Below, in pieces: positions 1 to 11,200 of a stretch of DNA of 64,000 bases; positions within the stretch are counted from its first letter, which is position 1; every line of letters starts with the position of its first letter. Source of the DNA: Bugula neritina (taxonomy: Eukaryota; Animalia; Bryozoa). The notes beneath the pieces are model-generated. The model had not been told where the DNA came from. It did no database searches and saw only the letters and a list, made by a program, of their open reading frames with translations. The stretch covers positions 16,668,722-16,732,721 of the forward strand of contig OZ037766.1 of assembly GCA_964035545.1 (NCBI GenBank), read 5' to 3'. Both the position numbers and the translations under genes were made by a program.

Positions 1-1119
1 TTTAGTATCTGTATCCGTGTCCACCCTAGTGGTGCACACTTGCTCTGGTCATACAAAGTTAGTACAGTATCAGTCGGTGTAAGTTTCGGTCTACCTAGCT
101 TGTCGTAGTCGATCGTATTCAAAGTATTGCATGATGCACCAGTGTCAAGTTGGAATTCAATGTCATAAATAGTATCTGCTTGCTTAGCAGTGAGCATCGC
201 TAATAATTTACGATCTCGTACAGTAGTGGAGATAGTACTTACATGTTGAGAGTCACTGTCTGAAGAGTAATTCCAGGTGACTTGATTGGCTGTTTCGGTT
301 GAGTCGCGATAATGATGCATGCGTGACCTGCAGTATGCAGCAAAGTGGTTAAATTTCTTGCAATGATTGCACTGTTTCCCATATGCTGGGCATGCTCGAG
401 GTGGGTGATTGCCTCCACAGTTTCCACACCTAGAAGCACCAACTGATTTTCTGACGTTGGGCTGAGAGTGAGTGTGTGAAAGTTGTCCTCTGTGTTTATC
501 AGTGTTACGAGTGTCATTAGAGTGATATTGATGAGTCGGAGGTCTATGTTTTACCAAGTTCACTTGTTCGAGTCCATATGTGTTATCCTTAGTCATAGTC
601 TTGTAGTCAATAGCCGATGCTTCTTCTCGTCTGCAGAGTTCAATTGCTTTGTCAAAGTCAGTCAAGTCAAACAGTTTCTTTCTAATCTTGTCACTTTCAA
701 TTCCCAGTATCAGTGCCTGTAGTATCAGTCGGTTGTACATGTCTTTTAAGTCACATAGTCCTGCAATGGTATGTAGTTCAGTCAAAAATTCGTCAATAGT
801 TCTATTTCCTTGCTTACAAGTCAGTAGTGAGTGAGTCTTAGCCACTAAGTTTATTCTTGGTTTGCAGTAGTCATCAAACTGCGTCACAACTTTGTCATAG
901 TCAGTTTTGTCATTGTTGTCAGTCCAGTTGAAAGAGTCGTATATTTGGTTGCCTCGGCGACCGATAGTTCTAAGTAGGTATGCAGTTTTCACTTTGCCTT
1001 CGGCTGTATCTTTCGATGTGGCCGTTAAAAAAAAGTTCGAAGTCACGTTTAAAAATCTTCCATTCCTCAGGTAAATTCGGTCCATCTGCTAATGGTTTTG
1101 GCGCTAGTAATTGCTCCAT
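1..1119 (-). mobile_element. Ty3/Gypsy LTR retrotransposon gag-protease (5' part of gag-pol, continues off left edge; one frameshift)
   Basis: Manual translation from ATG at 1119: MEQLLAPKPLADGPNLPEEWKIFKRDFELF. An extra base in the A8 run (1027-1034) shifts the frame. The frame is then open to position 1, with two zinc knuckles (CGNCGGNHPPRAC, CNHCKKFNHFAAYC) and the retropepsin motif FQLDTGASCN. Confidence 0.9.
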
Positions 1120-1150
1120 GTTATTTCAGTGTAATATTAATAATAATTAG

Positions 1151-1163
1151 ACTCGGGGCACCA
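1151..1163 (-). other. Primer binding site of the Gypsy element (elongator tRNA-Met-like)
   Basis: Minus strand reads ...AAAACA|TGGTGCCCCGAGT: TGG directly after a CA LTR end, ~30 nt upstream of the gag ATG. TGGTGCCCCG is complementary to the 3' end of animal elongator tRNA-Met (recalled, not searched). Confidence 0.65.
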
Positions 1164-1390
1164 TGTTTTATGTTGATTTGTGATATTATTTCAGCTATCG
1201 TGAAAAGACAGAACGTGCTCGAGTTAGTTGATAAACGTAAGAGGCCGAAGCCGTGATTTATTACCACAATATATATACACGAAAATACTAAAACTATTAC
1301 AATAAGTGATACAATTAATTATTAAGATTATGACAAAAAATAGTAAAATAATAAAATAACAAATTAGAAATAAATGTTTACATGAACACC
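1164..1390 (-). mobile_element. 5' LTR of the Gypsy element (outer boundary approximate)
   Basis: Inner end fixed by the CA next to the PBS. Candidate outer TG start with a short inverted terminus (TGTTCATG...CATAAAACA) near 1388-1394. The second LTR is not in the window. Confidence 0.5.
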
Positions 1391-1849
1391 GAACAATATG
1401 TATTTTAGTTAAGTTATATTGATGTGTATGAAATGATTGGAGAAAGTGTACCGGTATAAGAACCGATGGCCTGCCCATAGATCCACTATGTAATCTCCAC
1501 AATTTGTATGCTAATAAAGTCTTGCTTTGCTATTTATGAAACAATTACCTAATTAAATTATCATCAAAATACATTGTCTTTATTACTTTAATGGGAGTGA
1601 GTGATTTAAAATTTTTTTCTAAAAATTCAACTTCCCCTTATATGATCATAAAATCAAAGCTGCTGAGGTTTTCGCTAAACATTTTGGGCCTTTGACAGAG
1701 TTGAAAGCACCTTTTGATTTCTTCTAATTAAGCACTGCAATTGCAACAAACTGGCATTTGGCAGAGATACTTATTAGGCTTATGTAATGTCATTTAAACA
1801 ATTCATTTGTCACAATCAGAGTTATTATTCCAGAAACCTAGAATGTTGA

Positions 1850-2140
1850 GTCACGTGATCTACTCTAGTGCATGTGCGATCACATGATTCAAGTGATAAT
1901 TTGCATAACATAAAAATCGTTTGGTGTAGCACCCCAAGTTTGGAGTCCCCGAGTTCAGTAATTGGAGGTCTCGAGTTTGTGTTGGGATTCAGCGTTCGGA
2001 CAACGATGAGTATAAAAATACTGTACTCAGTAACCCTAAATTTGTGCTGCATCTAGTAGTCGCCAGTAATTAGATTTTATCAGCGTTGATGATAACCACT
2101 TTCACTTTAGTCAAACCAAGTCTGAGCAGTCGAAATTGGT
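1850..2140 (+). promoter_or_regulatory. Putative PLBD1 promoter and non-coding first exon with CLEAR/E-box and M-box
   Basis: GTCACGTGAT at 1850-1859 and TCACATGA at 1880-1887 lie in a locally CpG-containing patch. Candidate donor TTG|gtaaaa at 2139 and acceptor tttag at 4936-4937 just before the PLBD1 ATG. Confidence 0.4.
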
Positions 2141-2520
2141 AAAAGTAGTAAATAACTAATTTGCTTAGACTGCATCTGATACTCAATAACTTATAGTAAT
2201 AATTATAACAGTGCTAATAAAATCTTATGATAGTAAAAGTTGTAGAGTTCAAAATCAATGTAATGAAACTAATTTCAATTATCATTTGAGCTATTTTTCT
2301 TAAGGTAAAAGTTGAACTTGAAGTTAATCCTTATCATAATCATAATGATGATCATAATCATAATGATAATCATAATTATAATGATAATCTTTACAGTTTA
2401 CAGCGTAGGCTTACACTTGCAGTTGCTCTTAGTCTTAGATTTAGACGTAGTCTTAAACTTAATCTAATTGTCATAGAAATTGGTGACTTTACACTACGCC
2501 TTAAATTCAAAATGAAATTC
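2140..2520. repeat. Degenerate 3/6-nt periodic AT-rich tract (resumes 3345-3480 and 3905-4170)
   Basis: Examples: atcataatcataatgatgatcataatcataatgataatc; cttagtcttagatttagacgtagtcttaaacttaatc. Confidence 0.7.
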
Positions 2521-2559
2521 AACATTGCCAAAAGCTAAATCAATGCTACACAAAACTGA

Positions 2560-3350
2560 TCGAAATGCACCTTGAATGGTTCTGAGTAAATACTTTGGAG
2601 TGTTAATCAAGTCTGATTGTAAGTTTGATACACATATTGATATTTATGAGAAAGTTCTAAAAGCAAAGAGACAGCTTGGGACGATTAGATAAACACTACA
2701 CTTGGCCCCACAGCATGCTCGTTTACTCGCGTATAAAACCTTCTGTTTACCACATCTGGAATATGCTTATGCTGTCTGGAACCCAGTCTGCAAAAGCGAC
2801 ATTGCCAGCCTGGAAGGTGTCTAGTAAGATACTGTTCGCTTCATATGCGGCTTAAAAGGGAGGACAGATTTGAATTTGGCTATAAAAAAGCTTGGAATAG
2901 TACCACTAGCATCCAGAAAAAGAAATAAACGCATCAGTCTGCTTCTCCAGACTTTGGCTGAAGAGGAATACCACCCAGCACTCACCGAATCATATGACCA
3001 CATGGTTAAACAAACATTGTCAACAGTTCAGACTAGGTCTCAGACTCAAGGAATGCTGCGCTCAATCAGTGCCAACTAAAATAAGTATTGCAATAGTTTT
3101 CTACCACAGACAATTTGAGATTTAAACATTGGATCAACTGCAGCAACCAAAGCGCAGTCCCTTACTGCACTCTTACCACAGACAGGCTAAGCAGGCCTGT
3201 TTTGCATCCATGTACAATAATTTTTTAAATATATTTTTACTGACCACAAGTACATACATGTAGCCCTTGATTAAAACTGCGGCACACCCCTTCTACCCAA
3301 CAGGGTGATTTAGTGTGAAGAAAAATTTGACAGGTATCGACAGTTACTAA
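2560..3350 (+). mobile_element. Degenerate non-LTR retrotransposon (CR1/L2-like) 3' fragment
   Basis: Stop-interrupted translation KYFGVLI...RLLAYKTFCLPHLEYAYAVWNP...LEGV..VRFICGL...TRS...NSFLPQTI.DLN is typical of the region after LINE RT. Boundaries approximate. Confidence 0.8.
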
Positions 3351-3485
3351 CTCTAACTCAGTAAATCAAAATGCCAACAAAAAGAATGAAGTTAAGCAAA
3401 CTCAAAGAAGTTAATTTTAATTTTTTCAAGACTCAGCTTCAAATCGAAACATGAAATTAATATTGCATTGATACTCATACACTTA

Positions 3486-3899
3486 GCGTAGGGCCACACA
3501 GTGCGTATTTTCGCAGATGAAAATTCGCACCACGAGTAGAAAAAGGTGTCCACTGTATGGAACACTGAGTCAGTGATATCGGAAAACTACTAGCTAATAA
3601 TATTTGCGTTTACCTTTACTGCTCGCCTTGTTTCTATGGCTACATGTGTGGAATAAATTAAGTTTTCCTTTTTAACTCGCACTCACTTTCAATAAAATGC
3701 AATTTAGTGGAATGTAGCACTAAATTAGGAAAAATAGGCTCGCTAAATAGCTATCAGCTAATTAGGTGATGATGACAGAAAATATTTGCACTTGTCGTTC
3801 AGAATGCTTAGCGAAAAGTGTGAGTATTTTTTCAACGTGTGACATTCGTGTACAGTGGACACCTTTTTCTACTTGTAGAGCAAACGTGTGGCTCTACGC
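3486..3899. mobile_element. PIF/Harbinger (Tourist-like) MITE
   Basis: TIR GCGTAGGGCCACAC / GTGTGGCTCTACGC, subterminal IR AGTAGAAAAAGGTGTCCACTGTA / TACAGTGGACACCTTTTTCTACT, and TTA target duplication at 3483-3485 and 3900-3902. Confidence 0.85.
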
Positions 3900-4964
3900 T
3901 TACAGGATGACTATGAGTATCAATCAGTATAAGTATCAGCATAACTATATAATAATAATTATTATATTAATATAATTGTAATAAATTTAATATATTAATT
4001 AAATAAATATAATATATTTTATATAAAACAAATTAAATTAGAAATAATTACCATAAAAGTATTAATTAGCAACATGATGGTTATAAATAATAATATATGA
4101 TTAAATAAGGCTGAACATCGAATTGTAAAGTTCTAGATAAATTGAAGTTTAAGACTAATACTAATGACAGAAGTACATTACTTAACCTGACAAAAACACT
4201 CTCATCTTTTATACAATGTATTTTGGTTTAAAATTCTTGCGGTGACTATTTATCTTATGTAACTGTTAAACCATAGTTTATATGCTTATATTTGTAATTA
4301 TTATGTAATGTGGTAATTCATGTTAACAGTTAACACATGTTATTTTCTGTTTTACTGGTGGTTAATTTATTATGGGCCTAAAGTTTGGTTAATTCTTGCA
4401 ATGCATTCGGATTATAAGTAAGTCATTGTGTAAAATATAAAGAAATCTGTCTAAATAAATTTTTGGACATAGGCCAATTCAACTGATCTTAGATCAATGA
4501 GATACTACTACAGCACTCAAGCTGTTAAAATTATGAGAAAAATACATGTGGCATAGCCATATGTGTCACAGGCTCTTACATCATTTTAGGTTATCTATAA
4601 GTGATAACTTTCAATCATGTTTGTTTACTTTATGGAGGCGTATCAAACTCTTATTTAATTATATGCGTGCTAAGGTTACCTTAGCTTTTTAAATGCCTGC
4701 CATGTTGATATATGATATACCAGCAAGTACTACAAAATATTTATATTTAAAATCTTCAATTTCTGAATTTACAACTCCTAATGTTTATCTTGATTGAATT
4801 TTATAAATATTGCAGATGTTGTAGCAGCTATAATGCTACTTTCTGCACTAATTGCATTATTGTTCATATTTTTAGTTAGTTATAGGCAAATACATAATGC
4901 ATCATGTTACTACAACAACTTTGTCTATAATGTTTAGGTTGAAGCTTTAGATTCAGCCGTGAAA

Positions 4965-7900
4965 ATGCAATTGCTATGCTTCTTAGCTGTTATCTCTTGG
5001 ATATCGGCTGCTCCAGACTTTGACCACAAATTCAAAGGTAGACCATTTATTACAGGCTATCTGGTATTTTTAAGTGATGCCAAAATCATGACACCTATAC
5101 TTAGCAAATTATATATTATCATTTCCCTCAGTGGTTATTTAATCGCCACTCAATAGTTTTTATTTGTTGTTTGATTGTTATTGTTTCATTGTTTGTTGTG
5201 TATGTGATCAACTTATGCAACACAATTGTTATGTCTTATTACTTTTATATATAACTGACAATATTTATTTTATTTCCAGAGAAACCATTGCAAACCAATG
5301 CTACTATATATATCCAGAAGAATGGGTCATTAGTGTACACTCCAGATGTTGTTGATGCTAAAGGCTTGGCATATGCAGTATTTCAAGATGGCCTTCTATC
5401 AAGTGGGTGGGGGGTGTTTGATGTGAAATCTGGGTACTCGTCTAGCGGCCAATCAGATCAAGATGTTATGTTTGCTGCAGGATTTCTTGAAGGAGCTTTA
5501 ACTTACAAGTAGGAAATGCTTTTAAGTATTGCTTTACTCAGTGTTACAGCTTTTTGCATCATGTTATTATAAATTGTCAGTAAGTTCGTGCATTTGACAT
5601 TCAAATAATTTGTTCGTTCTAAATTGATTTTGTTATTTGTTTTTATGATATCGAAGTATGAAAAGTAACTCTTAAGTTGCGTTTATACCTTTGCTGAAAA
5701 AGTACCGAGTTTCAGTTAATGATGCTTGTCCGGGGTACCCCTTTACAGTCAAACTGAAAATCGTTGAAATCATGTTGATGCGGAAGCTTACTTTTTAAAA
5801 ATGAAATCTGACTCGCCTAATCCCTATTTGATGCTCTTTGTAAACGTCGTGAATTAGTGAAGTGAAGTTGACAGCATAAAACGATAATAGAGGAGTTTCA
5901 GACATCCCTCTAGAGTGGTTTGTATTTTAAAGTTGTCTTCCCCTACAGGTATTGGGGGCAGTCTCGATGATATATAGAAGGCCCATAAAATCAGTAGAAA
6001 TGTAAGGTTTGAGTGAAGACTATTACTAGTGTATGTTTCATTTTTTCTGAGATTAATATTTTGGCATAAGCACACATATGAGCAGTTTCAGAATTTTTTT
6101 AAAAAAATTTGTTATTGATAACTTTCAGAAAAAGAAAACTTCAAAGCATATTTGTGGTTTTGGTTATTGAGCAAATCTGAAGCTGGCAGCTGTCATATCA
6201 TCATTTGTTTTGCTGACTGTAACCAGTCTGTTTAGAGCTGCTAACCTTTCAACTCTTAGGACAATATTAACATGCTCCTACGCTATATAGCTGCACTAGT
6301 GGGCTCTGTTTTACTGAACTCCAAATGCTCCAAATTATGGGTTAGAACACATGCCTGCACATGCCACATAAAGGCACTGGCTCATTTGTATTAACAAATT
6401 GGCTAAAGCATGTTCAAGTAACATGAAACACTCAAAATATTAATAAGTCAAACTAGAGTTAGTCAACTGTGTGATGTTTTTTGGCCGATTTATATGTGCT
6501 GTTTAATCAGCTTATTATGTAATGATGTAATCCTATATAATGTTATTCAAGTTAGACAGCTAAAGTTAGACAGTTCTCATTGTGCACTTTCTTGAACAAG
6601 CAGTTATGTAATATAGAGAGACAGCTAGTCAACAGAGAGCTTCAAGCAAACAAAATTCTTGCAACAAGGTTGATTGGATACGCAACAACGGCTGTTATTC
6701 TCACAGCAGGATGCATTGTATAAGAGATAGCCTGATGTTCACGTAGTTTACATACAGTGACATACCACTGACAACTATTAGAAACCACAGAAAAGATATA
6801 AAGGAGAGAATGCTGGCACAAAAGAAGTATAGCAATGTGAGCAAATATATGGCTGAAAACTGACCTAGAGATAAATAAGTACAAAATGTACATAATATAA
6901 CTAAATCAGCAAAGCCAAATGATTTGATATAAAAAGTATTATCTGGGAATTGTGGGAAATTTAGTAGCATTATTAAAAACTTTACCTTTGAGCAAGATCC
7001 CTATGGAGTAAAGCCAATCTTAATTTCATTAGTGTCATAGGAATGCAGTCATTATGACATAGTGCGGTCTTTCTATACTTCACAGCTGTTACGAAATGTA
7101 CATTTTTAACTCTTCTTTTGGAAACAAGCCAAGTTGCTCTAGCTGAAAATTGCTTGTTTTTTTGATAATTTTTTTTCTGCAATGCAGCAGTATATTTACA
7201 AAGCTCCAAAAACATTTCTGTATTAGGAATGTTAGTATAAAATTTGCACATTCTATCTGTTTTTAGAAGTTGTTTGTATATAGGAAAAAGTAGCTTCGCT
7301 AAATGTTTGGCTGCTTTCTTTAGCTCTATGAGCTTGACAAAATATTTGCCTTTTAGAAGCCTTAGTTCTTTTTCAGCTTTCATCAACCTTAATGGCAAAG
7401 CGTTTACAGCATCATCATTCTCATTCAAGCTTCCAATAGACAATTGCTTATTTTTATCCTGCTTAGGTTGAGATTTTTTAGCCCTAGCATACTCAGAGAC
7501 ATCAAATATTTGCGATTCTTCTGTTAATTCGCAATCCAACACACTTTTTGTTTGGCAAGTTGAGATTAAGGTAACAGAGGTATTGGGCAATTCTGTACTA
7601 CTAGCCATTGTTGATGTTCTAGTGGCACGTTTAATGGAGTGAGTATTATAAAGAGCATAGCCTAATTCCAATGTAGGATTTGGGTGACTCTCTGTTGGCA
7701 TATTGTCAACAAAATGTTTACCGCAGATTACTGACTCATCATTAGGCTGCCAAGGAGTTTTATCTGTTTTGCTCATTTGTCTGTTGATTAATTTAGACCA
7801 TATCCTTTTGTTCTTTTCATCTTCCGGGAACTTGAAATGCTTGAAGGGTAGACATCCACATTTTCCTTAAAGTGGAATAAAACAAGATATATGTATGATA

Positions 7901-8074
7901 TAATATTACACTGTAGAGCATATTATGTTGTACATAGAAGATAACATATTGCAGAACACAATATACCCATACTGCAAAGCATCAGAGTTGATAAGTAAGT
8001 AACTAAACAAAATTGTATAACTGTGTGTGTGCACTCGAGTATACACACACACACACATATATATATATCTATAC

Positions 8075-8130
<56 letters not shown>

Positions 8131-8141
8131 GTCCACAGATT

Positions 8142-8207
<66 letters not shown>

Positions 8208-11200
8208 TACATACACATACAAGTGCACACAGAAATTTACCTCATTAAACACAAAGCCTTATTGTTACATCTACTTGTTATTAATGTAATATATTTATTA
8301 TCAACCAAGCATGTCTACACTTACATTGCATGATATTCTACTAAAGGATTATATGCCAGCTGAACATACTTGTAACAAAACTAGTTAAGTTCGTTTCCAT
8401 AATCAAATATGAATAAAATAATGATTTATTTACCTTTGAGTCTATGATGAACTGAACAAAGCTCTTTTTTGGACTGTAGTAGCTTTTTTTAATTGTTTGT
8501 ACATAGGTATGCAGAGCAAGCACGGTTAGGCATTGCTGTTTGATACTATACCAACTGAACAAGTTTTTACAAATTCCTAAAGTATGGGCAGCTGGACTGG
8601 TGCCACATTACATCAGAATTAAACTTTGACCTGTTTGCTAATGTGTACAATGGAAGTGTGTTGGGTTAATTGCATTGCACTGCTGAATGAACTTTGACCT
8701 AGTTAACTAAGCCACTGTAAAATGGCATACCATAACAAACACAAACTAGCTTGCAAAAATAATTATTTATTGAAAATACACTGTGAAAATTATTTTACAG
8801 ACTTAATTTAAATGTTGAATTGTGGGACATTTCCATAATATTCATCTCAGGAAAAAAAAACTATTCTGAAATTTATATGCTTCTTTTTACTGTTCTCTAA
8901 ATATTTTCATTGTCTTGCAGGCATGCCATGGAAACATATGCTTATAAAGCATATATATAGTTATACAGTGTTTGAAATTTTTAGATAAGATATTGTTTAA
9001 AATTACAAGTTTAATCTATCTGTTTCAATACATATCTTTATTTTTGATAGAAATATTTGATATTAGAGTGGCTTAGTTATTTTCATAGTATAGGTGTTGT
9101 AAGTAGTGAACATGTTAATACAAATGAGCCAGTGCCTTTATGTGGCATGTGCAGGCATGTGTTCCAACCCATAATTTGGAGCATTTGGAGTTCAGTAAGA
9201 CAGAGCCCACTAGTGCAGCTATATAGCGTAAGAGCATGTTATTATTGTCCTAAGAGTTGAAAGGTTATAGCAGCTCTAAACAGGCTGGTTACAGCCAGCA
9301 AAACAAATGATGATATGACAGCTGCCAGCTTCAGATTTGCTCAATAACCAAAACCACAAATATGCTTTGAAGTTTTCTTTTTCTGAAAGTTATCAATAAC
9401 AAAATTTTTTAAAAAAATTCTGAAACTGCTCATATGTGTGCTTATGCCAAAATATTAATCTCAGAAAAAATGAAACATACACTAGTAATAGTCTTCACTC
9501 AAACCTTACATTTCTACTGATTTTATGGGCCTTCTATATATCATCGAGACTGCCCCCAATACCTGTAGGGGAAGACAACTTTAAAATACAAACCACTCTA
9601 GAGGGATGTCTGAAACTCCTCTATTGGGAAGGTGTAGGCGGTATAATTATTAACATATAAGTACGTCATCTAATCGCCAAAGTCATAACTAAATAACGAT
9701 GTTTACAAGGAAGGAGTTATTACTCCTTTTGAGTATTATTCTGAAATTGGCCGATTAAATTATCACAATACAAAAATTTTTACGAGTGGCTTTTACAATG
9801 CAATGCAACTCGGAGAAATTTGAATTTGAATTGAATTTCTGACTGAAAATCGTGAAGGTATAAACACAACTTCATGCTAAGATAACTACTTCTCCCAAAT
9901 CACAGGTTTTCTTTAACTTCCCTTTGAATGAATTTGTTGTTTATTTTTAGTTTATATATTATTACGGTATAGCCTTATTTTAGGCACATTTACAACCAAT
10001 ATAACAATATAAAGGGAACATTTCTAAATGGCTATGGTGAAGATGTAATTGCTAAACTTAAAACCTTTCTGAACACCCAGCAAGCATGGATGGAGAAGGA
10101 AGTATTTCTTAACAAAGAAAATGCATTATGGAGGAATGCAGGGTTGATATTCAGCCAATACTCCGGTCTAGTGCAAGGTTACAGCTATGCAGCTCCTAAA
10201 GAAATGGTAAACTACTCATTTTTCTAGCCGTGGTAGGGTTTTACTTTGACACGCTGTTTTTAACTGTCTTTGCATAATTGGTTTGAGCTGTAAATATTTG
10301 TATCATAACTTGGGCACGGTTATAATATATATAATATATATATTCTGTGCATTGCGATCAGAAAAGTAATCATTTGTTCAGACAATCTTTGTTGTTGTCA
10401 GACCCAAGTTTTGAGTTGATAACACTCTTATTTACAATATGTTGTCTCGTAATGAATCTGTAAGCATACTGCTGTGTAGGCTATATAGTTAGTTATTGTA
10501 TCTGCATATGTTTACTAAGATGTAGTTTTGCTGTTTTAGGCACTTGATAATTTTGCTTTTCAACTTTTGAATGGTGCTGGGGATTTAATAGATCTCATAC
10601 ATGTAGTGAGTAGAGAAAGTCGGCCTGACTTCTCTAAAATGACCAAAGATGAGCTCAAAGCTTATGTGCAGAAAAATAGCCACTGCTCGGCTATGATTAA
10701 GGTAAGTGTGCTCAGTGCTCAACAACCCTTTCAATTTCCTCATTACGGAGCTTTGTCTTATACAGCTGAGTTAAATTGGTGATTACACCTCTCTGTATTT
10801 GTAAGAATGGTTTGGCCATTTGCATTACATCTTTGTAGTTTCATTCACAATAAGCAATTTATTGAGAGATATTTTTCTAATAACTTGCAATCGAAAATAC
10901 AGTAAATTTAGAGCTCTTATATGCACTGCATATGCATAGATTACATTCACAAAAGACATAAATAAAGACCGTAATGAGAAAATTGCACCACTATAATTGA
11001 TGCTGCAAATATGTGCATGTAAATATGCAATTCTGGAACAGCGTGCAAGCATTGAAAAAGTGTTCATTTTGGTTATCCCTGGCCTACACAATACATAATA
11101 AAGCTCTGTGGTCAGCAAAAAATAAAGGTGAAGGCATTAAACATGAGATATGAAGCTATTAACAACCTGAAATATATTTTTCTGTCACAATAACAAATAT

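Larger units (their letters stand above)
5889..9622 (-). mobile_element. ISL2EU/PHIS-like DNA transposon, non-autonomous, ~510-bp TIRs, AT target duplication
   Basis: Left TIR 5889-6396 and right TIR 9113-9622 (ORFs 5854-6075 and 9436-9660 are mirror copies). AT at 5887-5888 and 9623-9624. Internal THAP + transposase HTH coding exons. Confidence 0.85.
5675..9871. mobile_element. ~460-bp TIR element (Harbinger-like MITE) split by the nested THAP element
   Basis: TIR AGTTGCGTTTATACCTT (5675) / AAGGTATAAACACAACT (9871), 1 mismatch. Flanks TTA and TCA (imperfect 3-bp TSD). Confidence 0.65.

Noticed and set aside
6400-6980. Expected DDE exon of the THAP transposase
   Set aside because: None of the frames I translated gave DDE_Tnp_4-like motifs; treated as deleted.
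7906-8333. Four overlapping YI-repeat ORFs
   Set aside because: Products of the (TA)n/(CA)n microsatellite.
5854-9660. Two near-identical 73/74-aa ORFs suggesting a duplicated gene
   Set aside because: They are the two TIR arms of the transposon read on opposite strands.
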